Source: Patescibacteria group bacterium
GTDB lineage: Bacteria; Patescibacteriota; Minisyncoccia; Phycocordibacterales; UBA12079
Assembly (NCBI GenBank): GCA_043800905.1
Contig: JAZDMO010000007.1
Coordinates: forward strand, 1,627 to 65,626
Direction of reading: 5' to 3'
Length of the DNA stretch: 64,000 nt
In this document: positions 1 to 8,144 of the stretch, one piece after another
How positions within the stretch are numbered: position 1 is the first letter of the stretch
Layout: every line of letters starts with the position of its first letter
The notes under the pieces: generated by a model
What the model was told of the DNA's origin: nothing
The model's input: the letters and a program-made list of their open reading frames with translations, nothing else
Database searches by the model: none
Position numbers and translations under genes: made by a program

Positions 1-986
1 CGTCTAAAATGCCAGAAGGTAACAATGATGAAGATAATATTACTATAAGAAGTTGGGGAGATATTCCAAAATTTAGTTTTGAAACAAAAACGCATGATAT
101 TTTAGGAAAAGAATTGGATATATTAGATACTGATAAAGCCACGGAGGTTTCTGGATCACGCTTTTATTATTTGAAAGGTGATTTGGTTTTGTTGCAATTC
201 GCTTTAACAATGTTTGCTTTTGAAACATTAACCAATGAAAAAATAATAAAGAAAATTATAAAACAAAAAGGGTTAAATCTTTCTTCAAAACCGTTTGTAC
301 CTATGTTGCCACCTGTTATGATTAAAAATACAGTTCAAAATGCTATACATCGAGTTTTCGGTGATCAAACTTATAAAATTGGAAATGATGAAGGTTTGAA
401 TTTGGTTGCTTCTGCAGAACACACTATGGCTCCTTATCATATGAACGAAGTTTTAGACGAAAAGGATTTACCAAAACGATATATTGGTTACTCAACCGCT
501 TTTAGAAAAGAAGCAGGGACATATGGTAAAGACATGCAAGGATTTTTTAGAAACCATCAGTTTGATAAATCAGAAATGGAAAGTTTTACTACTGCTGAGA
601 CTGGAGAAGATGAACAAGAGATGATTGTTGGATTACAAGAATATATGATGCAACAATTGAAAATTCCTTATCGTGTGCAACAAATTTGTACTGGAGATAC
701 TGGAAAACCAGACTACCAACAATATGATATTGAATGCTGGATGCCTGGTCAAGGAAAATATCGCGAAACTCACACATCAGACTACATGACCGATTTTCAA
801 ACACGCGGTATTAAATCTTTTTATAGAACAAAAGATGGAGAGAAAAAATTATTACATACCAATGATGCTACCGCTTTTGCTGGCCGCCCAATGATCGCGA
901 TAATGGAAAATTATCAGCAAAAAGATGGAACAATTAAAATACCTGATGTATTACAAAAATATATTGGAAAAAAAATAATAAAATAA
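1..986 (+). CDS. serS: seryl-tRNA synthetase, class II catalytic region; 5' end lies outside the window, so partial
   Basis: ORF 9..986 stays open back to the window edge. Translation carries the SerRS signature VSGSRFYYLKGD and a motif-2-like FRKEAGTYGKDMQGFFRNHQFDKSEM. The N-terminal coiled-coil arm is missing and should be upstream of the window. Confidence 0.8.
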   Translation, partial: SKMPEGNNDEDNITIRSWGDIPKFSFETKTHDILGKELDILDTDKATEVSGSRFYYLKGDLVLLQFALTMFAFETLTNEKIIKKIIKQKGLNLSSKPFVPMLPPVMIKNTVQNAIHRVFGDQTYKIGNDEGLNLVASAEHTMAPYHMNEVLDEKDLPKRYIGYSTAFRKEAGTYGKDMQGFFRNHQFDKSEMESFTTAETGEDEQEMIVGLQEYMMQQLKIPYRVQQICTGDTGKPDYQQYDIECWMPGQGKYRETHTSDYMTDFQTRGIKSFYRTKDGEKKLLHTNDATAFAGRPMIAIMENYQQKDGTIKIPDVLQKYIGKKIIK

Positions 987-1224
987 AATAAAATTAAAAT
1001 TAATTTATTTAATTTCCACAACTTTTTTAGTTATTATAATCTTAGATTTAAAACATCCCATCAACTCTCTTTTTTCTTCGTTAGTTCCATCTTTTAAAAT
1101 ATATTTAGCATAGGTTTTTAAATCTATGTCTTTGTGTTTTGTGTTTTTATCTTGAACACCCAAAACCCTCTATTTCTTCTTTTGTACAATATTTTTTATC
1201 TAAGACGATGGTGAAAATATAAAA

Positions 1225-1536
1225 TTGTTTGAAATGGATAATGACGGAAAAAAATTTGTAAAAATAAGGAAGTGTAATTTTGATGTCGAAATTTCAGTTG
1301 ATGCGATTAAAAAAATAGATAAGTATGATACCTTTTGTTTATTTTCAGGAGACGCTGATTTTGTTTATTTGAATAACTTTTTAAGAAAAAGGGGCAAAAA
1401 GGTTATTTTAATAAAAGGGGGTTATATTACAAGTAAATTACGGAAATCGACTGATTTAATTATAAACGCACAGAAAATCAAAAAACATATCGCTAGAATA
1501 GAACAAAGACCTGACAAGTCAGGTCTTTGTGGATAG
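1225..1536 (+). pseudogene. NYN (LabA-like PIN-fold RNase) domain C-terminal fragment, probable gene remnant
   Basis: 103-aa ORF with a TTG start. It matches the C-terminal half of NYN domains (DTFCLFSGDADFVYLNNFLRKRGKKVILIKG). The upstream in-frame sequence hits a stop at 1201 and no N-terminal NYN half (vfiDGeN motif) is found in any frame. Confidence 0.4.
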
Positions 1537-1678
1537 TTTTGCCGAATGACCTCGGCTAAGGTGTACTAATATACTATACCGAGAGGTCGCTAAAGTCAAC
1601 AAAAATCTTGGGGATAAATATATAGAATTTCAGGATATATGGTTTGAAAATAAAGATTAAAAGTTATATAAATAGCTT

Positions 1679-2770
1679 ATGAAAATAGAATTAAATAAGA
1701 TTAAAATAAGGGAAGTAATTGAGGGCTATAAGGATAGTGCTGAGGAGGGTGTTGTGGCTTACAAAGGAAAACTTGATATTCGTCCTAAATATCAAAGAGA
1801 ATTTGTTTATTCAGGAAAACAGAGAGATGCAGTGCTTGAAACTATCAAGCAAGGTTTCCCTTTGAATGTGATGTATTGGATGATACGCGATGACGGAGGT
1901 TTTGAATTATTGGACGGGCAACAAAGAACAATTAGTATTGGGCAATATGTGGCTGGAGATTTTTCTTTAGGTGATAGGTTTTTTCATAATTTAACAAAAG
2001 AAGAACAAGAGCAAGTTTTAGATTATGAATTGATGATTTATTTTTGTGAAGGAACAGACAAAGAGAGATTAGATTGGTTTAAAACAATTAATATTGCAGG
2101 AGAGAAATTAACTGATCAAGAATTGAGAAATGCAGTTTACACAGGATCATGGCTTTCCGATGCTAAATTGAAATTTAGTAAAACTCATTGCGCCGCATAT
2201 CTTTTGGCGAATGACGGAGGAGCTCTTTTGAAAGGTTCTCCAATCAGACAAGAATATCTTGAGACAGCTCTTGCTTGGATAAATAACGGGGAAGTAGCTG
2301 ATTATATGGCAAAACATCAACATAATAAAAATGCTGACGAATTGTGGAATTATTTTCAAGATGTGATTACTTGGGTGCGAAAAACTTTTGTAAATTATCG
2401 AAAAGAAATGACTGGTGTGAATTGGGGAGAACTATATAATTCATTCAAAGATAAAAAACTTAATGCGATAAAATTAGAAACAGAGATTGCTGAATTGATG
2501 CAAGACGAAGATGTCACCAAAAAGTCAGGGATTTATCCTTATGTTTTAACAAGACAAGAAAAATATCTTTCAATCCGAGCTTTTGATGATAAAACGAAAA
2601 GAGAAACTTATGAAAAACAAAAAGGAATTTGTGTGAAGTGTGGAGAGAAATTTGTGATAGATGAGATGGAGGCGGACCACATTACTCCTTGGTATGAGGG
2701 CGGAAAAACAATCACAGAAAATTGTCAGATGTTGTGTAAAGATTGCAATAGGAGAAAATCAGGAAAATAA
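1679..2770 (+). CDS. DUF262 (ParB-like NTPase, DGQQR motif) fused to a C-terminal HNH endonuclease; GmrSD/type IV restriction-like defence nuclease
   Basis: The N-terminus has KYQREFVYSGKQ and LLDGQQRT, typical of the DUF262/ParB-like nuclease-NTPase domain. The C-terminus has the CxxC...DHIxP...N...CxxCN pattern (CVKCGEKF..ADHITPW..ENCQMLCKDCNRRK) of an HNH nuclease. Confidence 0.6.
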   Translation: MKIELNKIKIREVIEGYKDSAEEGVVAYKGKLDIRPKYQREFVYSGKQRDAVLETIKQGFPLNVMYWMIRDDGGFELLDGQQRTISIGQYVAGDFSLGDRFFHNLTKEEQEQVLDYELMIYFCEGTDKERLDWFKTINIAGEKLTDQELRNAVYTGSWLSDAKLKFSKTHCAAYLLANDGGALLKGSPIRQEYLETALAWINNGEVADYMAKHQHNKNADELWNYFQDVITWVRKTFVNYRKEMTGVNWGELYNSFKDKKLNAIKLETEIAELMQDEDVTKKSGIYPYVLTRQEKYLSIRAFDDKTKRETYEKQKGICVKCGEKFVIDEMEADHITPWYEGGKTITENCQMLCKDCNRRKSGK

Positions 2771-2825
2771 TTTGATAAAATCCAACTATATTAAAAAAAC
2801 AGGGATTTAATAAAAAACCAAAATC

Positions 2826-3665
2826 ATGAAATTTAAATTATTTGATAGGGAGAGGGATAAAAAAGTTTTAAAGGCGGTTATTATTGCCGTTGTTGTGATA
2901 GGTTGTTCTATCACAATTAAAGATGAATTGGTTTGGCAATTTGGAGGAGAAAGTGATTACTATGATGATTATTCTTATACAGAAAATTATTTGGGTGAAT
3001 GTAATGTGGCTAAAATAGATATTAAGGGTTTCCTTGATGTTGAAGCTTATGAAGAAGGAGCTATTTCTTCTAGTGAAATTGTTGGGGCCATTGAAGATAT
3101 TCAAAATAATCCTGATCTTAAGGCCATTATTTTAGACATTGATTCTACTGGTGGAGTTCCTGTGGCTGGTGAAGAAATATCTAATGCTCTTAGCCGTATA
3201 GATAAGCCCACAGTGGCTTTGATTAGAGGTTTTGGTAATTCTTCTGCTTATTGGGTAGCTGTTGGTACAGATAAAATTTTTGCTTCTGCTAATTCTGATG
3301 TGGGATCTATTGGAGTGACAATGTCTTATTTAGATAATGCACAACAAAATCAAATTACAGGTTTGAATTATAATTCAATCAGTTCGGGAAAGTTTAAAGA
3401 CACTGGAGATCCTAATAAAACTTTAACTTGGGAAGAAAAACAATACCTAATGCGAGATGTGAATATCATCAATGATAATTTTATAAAAGCCGTAGCGGAA
3501 AAAAGAAATTTAGAGATTGCAAAAGTTAAAAAACTAGCTGATGGCTCTTCGATGTTAGGACAAATGGCTTTGGAGAATGGTTTGATTGATGAAATTGGTG
3601 ATATGTATGCTGTGAAAAAATATCTTGAAGACCTTATCGGCGAAGAAGTGATTTTGTGTGATTAA
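2826..3665 (+). CDS. sppA: signal peptide peptidase SppA (S49 family, ClpP/crotonase fold)
   Basis: N-terminal TM helix. Motifs KAIILDIDSTGGVPVAGEEI and RGFGNSSAYWVAVGTDKIFASANSDVGSIGV are typical of S49 protease IV. Confidence 0.7.
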   Translation: MKFKLFDRERDKKVLKAVIIAVVVIGCSITIKDELVWQFGGESDYYDDYSYTENYLGECNVAKIDIKGFLDVEAYEEGAISSSEIVGAIEDIQNNPDLKAIILDIDSTGGVPVAGEEISNALSRIDKPTVALIRGFGNSSAYWVAVGTDKIFASANSDVGSIGVTMSYLDNAQQNQITGLNYNSISSGKFKDTGDPNKTLTWEEKQYLMRDVNIINDNFIKAVAEKRNLEIAKVKKLADGSSMLGQMALENGLIDEIGDMYAVKKYLEDLIGEEVILCD

Positions 3666-3785
3666 ATGATATTTGGATATTTGGTTTTTTTAATTAGTAT
3701 ATTATTTTTTTTGAGTTTAATTTAGATGTCAAATTTACTAACATCTATGTTTGACTTTTTTACATCAAAAGATATACTATAAAAT

Positions 3786-4469
3786 ATGAGCAATAAATAT
3801 TCTATTCTCTTAAAAGATTTAAGACTTAAAAAAGGTTTAACTCAAAAGGAATTAGCTAAAAAATTAGGAATTTCTCGTCCTTCCTATATTGCTATCGAGC
3901 AAGGGAAGAGAGACATCACCCTGAATGAATTTGAAAAATTGTCAGGTGTTTTGAGTGTGTCTTTTGATGATTTTGAGAGAGGGGAATTGCCTGATTATGA
4001 AAAATATAAACAAATGATTTTAACCTTTTTGAGAATGAGTGATGGAATAACCAAAACTAAGTTAGCTAAGTTGGTGTATCTTTCTGATTTTGCTTGGTTT
4101 TATTTTAATTTAAAAAGCATGAGTGGAATGCCTTATAGGAAGATTCAATACGGTCCTGTTCCTGATGCTTACTTTAGAGCTATTGATGAATTAGAAAATA
4201 GTGGAAAAATTTTAATTAATTGTAAACAGAAAGATGATAAAGAAATGTTTATTATTTCTGAATCAGAGAGCAATAAAAACCAAAAGTTAGATTCCATTTT
4301 GAAAGATGAGGTTGATTTAATGAAAAATATTTTTAAAAAGTGGAAAAATAAAAAGACAGCAGAAATTGTTAATTTTACCCATAATCAATTGCCGTATTTA
4401 ATCGCAGAAGATGAAGAGATTATTTCTTATGGCCTTATAACTCAAGAAAATCCAGATGAAATCTATTAA
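3786..4469 (+). CDS. XRE-family HTH fused to a Panacea/DUF4065 (SocA/PanA-like) domain; antitoxin-like
   Basis: N-terminal LKKGLTQKELAKKLGISRPSYIAIEQGKRDITLNEFEKL is a Cro/C1-type HTH. The C-terminal ITKTKLAKLVYLSDFAWFY...YGPVPD resembles the DUF4065/Panacea antitoxin domain. It overlaps the next ORF by 14 bp. Confidence 0.55.
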   Translation: MSNKYSILLKDLRLKKGLTQKELAKKLGISRPSYIAIEQGKRDITLNEFEKLSGVLSVSFDDFERGELPDYEKYKQMILTFLRMSDGITKTKLAKLVYLSDFAWFYFNLKSMSGMPYRKIQYGPVPDAYFRAIDELENSGKILINCKQKDDKEMFIISESESNKNQKLDSILKDEVDLMKNIFKKWKNKKTAEIVNFTHNQLPYLIAEDEEIISYGLITQENPDEIY

Positions 4470-4854
4470 ATATGAAGTTGTTTTTAAGCCTTTTGCTGAA
4501 AAACATTTTATAAAAAGTTTTGCGAAAAAATATAAGAATACTTGGGATTTTACTTTTGAGATCATTATAGAAGAATTTAAAAGAATAGATGTTTTGTTTT
4601 TTAAAACTATTGCTGAAATAATTTCTGATCCAAATAAGAGCATCATTATTTGTAAGACTGAGTTTAAAATTGCAGGAACAAAAGATTCAAGACATCGTTC
4701 TGGAAACCGTTGTATTGTGGCTTTGCATAAAGAAATTAATGAAGTTCGGGTTTTACTTGTTTACCACAAGAAAGATTTAAAAGGGAATAATGAAACCGTA
4801 GCTTGGAAAAAAATAATTAAAGAAAATTATCCTGAATATAACGATTTAATTTAA
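4456..4854 (+). CDS. RelE/ParE-superfamily-like toxin candidate; cognate toxin of the upstream Panacea-HTH gene
   Basis: 132 aa, translationally coupled to the upstream gene by overlap. The C-terminal half (KIAGTKDSRHRSGNRCIVALHKEINEVRVLLVYHKKDL) follows the RelE/YafQ pattern: beta strands ending in a basic/His-containing tail. The N-terminus YEVVFKPFAEKHFIKSF resembles the RelE start. Confidence 0.4.
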   Translation: MKSIKYEVVFKPFAEKHFIKSFAKKYKNTWDFTFEIIIEEFKRIDVLFFKTIAEIISDPNKSIIICKTEFKIAGTKDSRHRSGNRCIVALHKEINEVRVLLVYHKKDLKGNNETVAWKKIIKENYPEYNDLI

Positions 4855-4881
4855 ACATTTATTTTGTGTTAAAATCTATCT

Positions 4882-6456
4882 ATGCAAAAGGTTATAGATT
4901 TTATTCAAAAACATACTAACTTAAGTTTTTTTATTTTAGCGCTAGTTTTGGTTTTGGTGATGTATGGTAGTAGTCTAGCCGGCTCTTTTGTTTTTGATGA
5001 TAGGTCTATTATTAGTTATCAAAGTTTTTTTCAAAATCCCGCAAATTGGTGGGAAGTTTTAAAGATGCCCTATTGGGGTTATGAAGCGGGGCTTTATCGT
5101 CCGGTGACAATTTTTTCCTATGGGCTAAATTTTGCTATTTTTGGTTCTGGAGCTTGGAGTTTTCATCTTATCAATATTCTTTTGTATGTTTTTTCGGGTT
5201 ATCTTTTATTTTTGTTTCTCAAAAAAGTTTTATGGGGAAAATATCGCAGGCAGATTGCTTGGGTGAGTGCACTTTTATTTTTGATTTTACCGATTCATAC
5301 CGAAGTGGTGGCAAATATTGTAGGGCGAGCGGAAATTTTTGCCTTAATGTTTTCTTTATTAGGTCTTCTTGAGCTGATTAAAAAAAATCCAAACAAATGG
5401 ATAACCGCTTTATGGTTTTTCTTAGCTATGGGTAGTAAGGAAACGGCTATCGCGGTTTTGCCTATTGCGTTTTTAGTGTGGTTTTCTCGATCTAAGTTTT
5501 TAGAAAAAAAGAAAATTACTCTTCGAGATTTAGAGTTTTATTTTTTCCCAGCTTTTTTGTCGGCTTTTGTTTATTTAAGTTTCCGTTTTCTGATTTTAGG
5601 TTTTTATTTTTTTTCCAATAACGCGAGTCTCGTAGAAAATCCTTTAAAATTTGTTTCTGTTTCAGAAAGAATTTTTACAGCTTTGAAAATTTTATCTATG
5701 TATGTTTATAAAAGTTTAGTGCCCTTCAATCTTTGTTCTGATTATTCTTATAATCAGATTGTAGTTAGTTCTAGTTTTTGGGAAAGCGGAGTAATCGTCG
5801 GTTTTCTGATTTTAGTTTTTTCTTTTGTGGGAATTTTCTATTTTTTTAAAAAGAATTTTAATTTTACTTTGGCGTTGATATTCTTCTTCTTTCCTTTTTT
5901 TATAGTTTCTAATTTATGGAATGCTATCGGGACAATTGCAGGGGAGAGGCTTTTCTTTTATCCTTCAGTGGGTTTATGTATTTTCTTAGGAATATTTTTT
6001 GTTTGGTTGTGGAACTTAGCTAAAAGCGAAAATATCAAAAAAATTTTAATCACTCTATTTGTGTTATTGAGTTTTTTTTATACAATCCGCAGTTTTGACC
6101 GAGCCTTAGATTGGATGAGCGAAGAAAAACTTTTTATTTCTGCAAGTCAGTGTGCACCTCAAAGTGTATTATCTCTTTCTAATTTAGCCACGGTTTATTA
6201 TTTTAAAGGAGATTATGAACAAGCAGAAAAGATTATTTTAGATTCTTATGAAATTTATGATGGTTATACAAAAGCTAATAATAATCTTGGTTTAATTTAT
6301 TGGAGAGGGGGAGAAATAGAAAAAGCTAAAGAGCAATTTTTTAAAACTTTTGAGCACTTTCCGCCCTATGAAGGGGTTTATGAAAATTTAGTTTTATTTT
6401 ATTTATCTCAAAATAATGAAAAAGAAGCTATGAAGTGGTATAAAATAGGTTATTAG
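4882..6456 (+). CDS. polytopic membrane protein with N-terminal GT-C-like (PMT/ArnT-type) glycosyltransferase region and C-terminal TPR repeats
   Basis: About 11 predicted TM helices. The early FVFDD loop motif is typical of GT-C aspartate-rich loops. The C-terminal approx. 120 aa has TPR-like repeats (ATVYYFKGDYEQAEKI, NNLGLIYWRGGEIEKAKEQF). Confidence 0.5.
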   Translation: MQKVIDFIQKHTNLSFFILALVLVLVMYGSSLAGSFVFDDRSIISYQSFFQNPANWWEVLKMPYWGYEAGLYRPVTIFSYGLNFAIFGSGAWSFHLINILLYVFSGYLLFLFLKKVLWGKYRRQIAWVSALLFLILPIHTEVVANIVGRAEIFALMFSLLGLLELIKKNPNKWITALWFFLAMGSKETAIAVLPIAFLVWFSRSKFLEKKKITLRDLEFYFFPAFLSAFVYLSFRFLILGFYFFSNNASLVENPLKFVSVSERIFTALKILSMYVYKSLVPFNLCSDYSYNQIVVSSSFWESGVIVGFLILVFSFVGIFYFFKKNFNFTLALIFFFFPFFIVSNLWNAIGTIAGERLFFYPSVGLCIFLGIFFVWLWNLAKSENIKKILITLFVLLSFFYTIRSFDRALDWMSEEKLFISASQCAPQSVLSLSNLATVYYFKGDYEQAEKIILDSYEIYDGYTKANNNLGLIYWRGGEIEKAKEQFFKTFEHFPPYEGVYENLVLFYLSQNNEKEAMKWYKIGY

Positions 6457-6496
6457 TTATCTAGTTGTTTAGGAAAAATTTACAAAGCAAATTTTT

Positions 6497-7057
6497 ATGT
6501 TTAAAAAAATTATTTATTTGTTGTTAATAATTGTAGGAATAGGTTTTTTAATATTGCTTTGGCAGTATTTTGATTTTTACAATTTCAAACCAGAACAAGA
6601 AATTCTTCTTTCAGAACAAAATGAAAAAAATAATTTAAATCCACAATTGAAAAAAACAATTGAAGATTATTTAGTGACTTTAGATGATTTAGCTTGGCAA
6701 ACAGAGGATGAAACTTCAAATATTTGTGTCTTCGAAAATTTAGATTCAGATAATGAATTATTCCCTTTATCTTTGTGGGTTTATTGTGTTGAATATCGGA
6801 TAGACGAAAGTGGAGAGATAGAAAAATTTAGTGGAGTTTCTTTACCTTTGTTACTGGATTATCCCAATGAACTTTCTTTTTATGATCTAGAAAAATTTAC
6901 TTTTAAGATTCCTCGTGATGGTGCTTTTTACGGCGCTGATATAAGGGAAATTTTTTCAGAAAATATTCAAGAAAAAATTCTTTCGCATAATTCGGTAGAA
7001 ATTTTGGAAACCAAATTGGATGAAAAGATAAAAGCGAAGAATATTTCTGAGGAGTAA
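6497..7057 (+). CDS. hypothetical membrane-anchored/secreted protein
   Basis: 186-aa ORF with a single N-terminal TM/signal-anchor (IIYLLLIIVGIGFLILLW). No recognisable domain. Confidence 0.3.
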   Translation: MFKKIIYLLLIIVGIGFLILLWQYFDFYNFKPEQEILLSEQNEKNNLNPQLKKTIEDYLVTLDDLAWQTEDETSNICVFENLDSDNELFPLSLWVYCVEYRIDESGEIEKFSGVSLPLLLDYPNELSFYDLEKFTFKIPRDGAFYGADIREIFSENIQEKILSHNSVEILETKLDEKIKAKNISEE

Positions 7058-7140
7058 TCGACTTGTATTTTCTTTTAATTAAAGCTAATATTTTAATTCG
7101 GATAGTAATTTAAACTAACACTTTTTAGGGGGGTTCTACA

Positions 7141-7401
7141 ATGAATGGAACAACTTCTTTGGGGGTGGCAGAATTAAACAAAACAAGCTTTTCTGAAACC
7201 TTGTCGGTGGATCTTGGCGACAAGGTTCAGCTAATGGGATTAAAACAGGCGGTTCTTTTCCTCGTGGATGTTTTACGTCGAGAAGAACCTGTTTTAAAGA
7301 AAATGCCGAGCGATTGGCCGGTCCAAGAATTAGAAAGACTATGTTTATCTATATGTAAAAAAATAGACGGGACAAAGGTTCCTCCTGTCGTTAGAAGATA
7401 G
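7141..7401 (+). CDS. hypothetical small protein (86 aa) in a GC-rich islet; a structured ncRNA is an alternative
   Basis: ATG is preceded by the SD-like aggggggttctaca. The segment is clearly more GC-rich than its flanks and contains several stable hairpins (accttgtcg..cgacaaggt; gttcttttcctcg..cgagaagaac). It ends in the intrinsic terminator ggggtggtctacggatcaccctttt at 7418-7444. Confidence 0.25.
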   Translation: MNGTTSLGVAELNKTSFSETLSVDLGDKVQLMGLKQAVLFLVDVLRREEPVLKKMPSDWPVQELERLCLSICKKIDGTKVPPVVRR

Positions 7402-7449
7402 TGTTTTGTTTTTAAGGGGTGGTCTACGGATCACCCTTTTGTTTTATTT

Positions 7450-8118
7450 TTAGTGAGCTACGGTGACACAAATAATTTGTTTTGGTTTATATTTTTTCAG
7501 TGTTCGCATAGCTTCTTTGAGAGTGGCTCCTGTGGTAATAACATCGTCTAATAAAATAATATTTTTATCTTTAATTAATTTAGGCATAATTACTTTAAAA
7601 CAATTTTTTAAATTAATTTCTCTTTCTTCTTTGGAATGAGTTCGAGATTGTGGGGTAGTGTGTTTGATTTTTTTTAAAATATTTTTTCTATATTCAAAAG
7701 ATAAACGCTTATCTAAATTGTTTAATTCTTGAGCAATTAATTCTGTTTGGTTATAGCCCCTTTCTTGAAGTTTTTTGTGAGAGATTGGAATTGGAATTAA
7801 AAGAGGATTATCAAAATTATGTGTTAATTTTAAATCGGCTAATTCTTCAATTAAATTATCATAAATTATTTTCGCAAAAATTTTTGCTATTTTCCGATTA
7901 TTTTTGAATTTTAAAGACCAAATACTTTGTCGTACTAATTCATTTTGATAACTCAAAAATGAAAAGGTATTTTTGAGTGGTGGTGGAGAATTTTTAATCG
8001 GTAAAGATAGTAGTGTTTCCGCAGTCATTTTTTCTATTTTTTTCTGGGTAGGGTTTAAGGGAAGTATGGCATTCAGGATAATTCCACAGATTTCTTTAAG
8101 AGACTTGTCAGTTTGCAT
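7450..8118 (-). CDS. comFC: ComF-family phosphoribosyltransferase-domain protein (competence protein ComFC)
   Basis: PRTase-type motif IILLDDVITTGATLKEA plus upstream LIPIPISHKKLQERGYNQTELIA, typical of ComFC/ComF. Confidence 0.7.
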   Translation of the reverse strand: MQTDKSLKEICGIILNAILPLNPTQKKIEKMTAETLLSLPIKNSPPPLKNTFSFLSYQNELVRQSIWSLKFKNNRKIAKIFAKIIYDNLIEELADLKLTHNFDNPLLIPIPISHKKLQERGYNQTELIAQELNNLDKRLSFEYRKNILKKIKHTTPQSRTHSKEEREINLKNCFKVIMPKLIKDKNIILLDDVITTGATLKEAMRTLKKYKPKQIICVTVAH

Positions 8119-8144
8119 ATATTATATGATATAATAATTGAATA

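Noticed and set aside
589-804. 71-aa minus-strand ORF inside serS
   Set aside because: Fully embedded antisense to a well-supported CDS, with no domain signal. This is the usual shadow ORF in AT-rich DNA. The same reasoning applies to the other embedded ORFs in the track: 2147-2359, 2868-3104, 4398-4646, 5154-5372, 8538-8750, 11368-11598, 11650-11877, 16550-16795, 17304-17486, 19705-19917, 30196-30390, 31399-31623, 31879-32237, 32588-32905, 32943-33249, 36417-36611, 37262-37627, 44670-44924, 45173-45466, 46665-46874, 51054-51320, 52912-53211, 54651-54884, 60155-60340, 61425-61808 and 63084-63410.
1537-1678. Possible small RNA or attenuator between the NYN fragment and the DUF262-HNH gene
   Set aside because: Only one imperfect hairpin (gacctcgg...ccgagaggtc) is visible, with no T-run and no recognisable motif. 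There is too little evidence to call a feature.
7059-7445. tmRNA / RNase P RNA / SRP RNA assignment for the GC-rich islet
   Set aside because: By eye it lacks the tRNA-like 3' end and tag-peptide reading frame of tmRNA, the GGAAAGUCCGG P4 motif of RNase P RNA, and the GGAAGCAGCC domain-IV motif of SRP RNA. It is kept only as an unassigned structured region, and the small-protein reading is equally possible.
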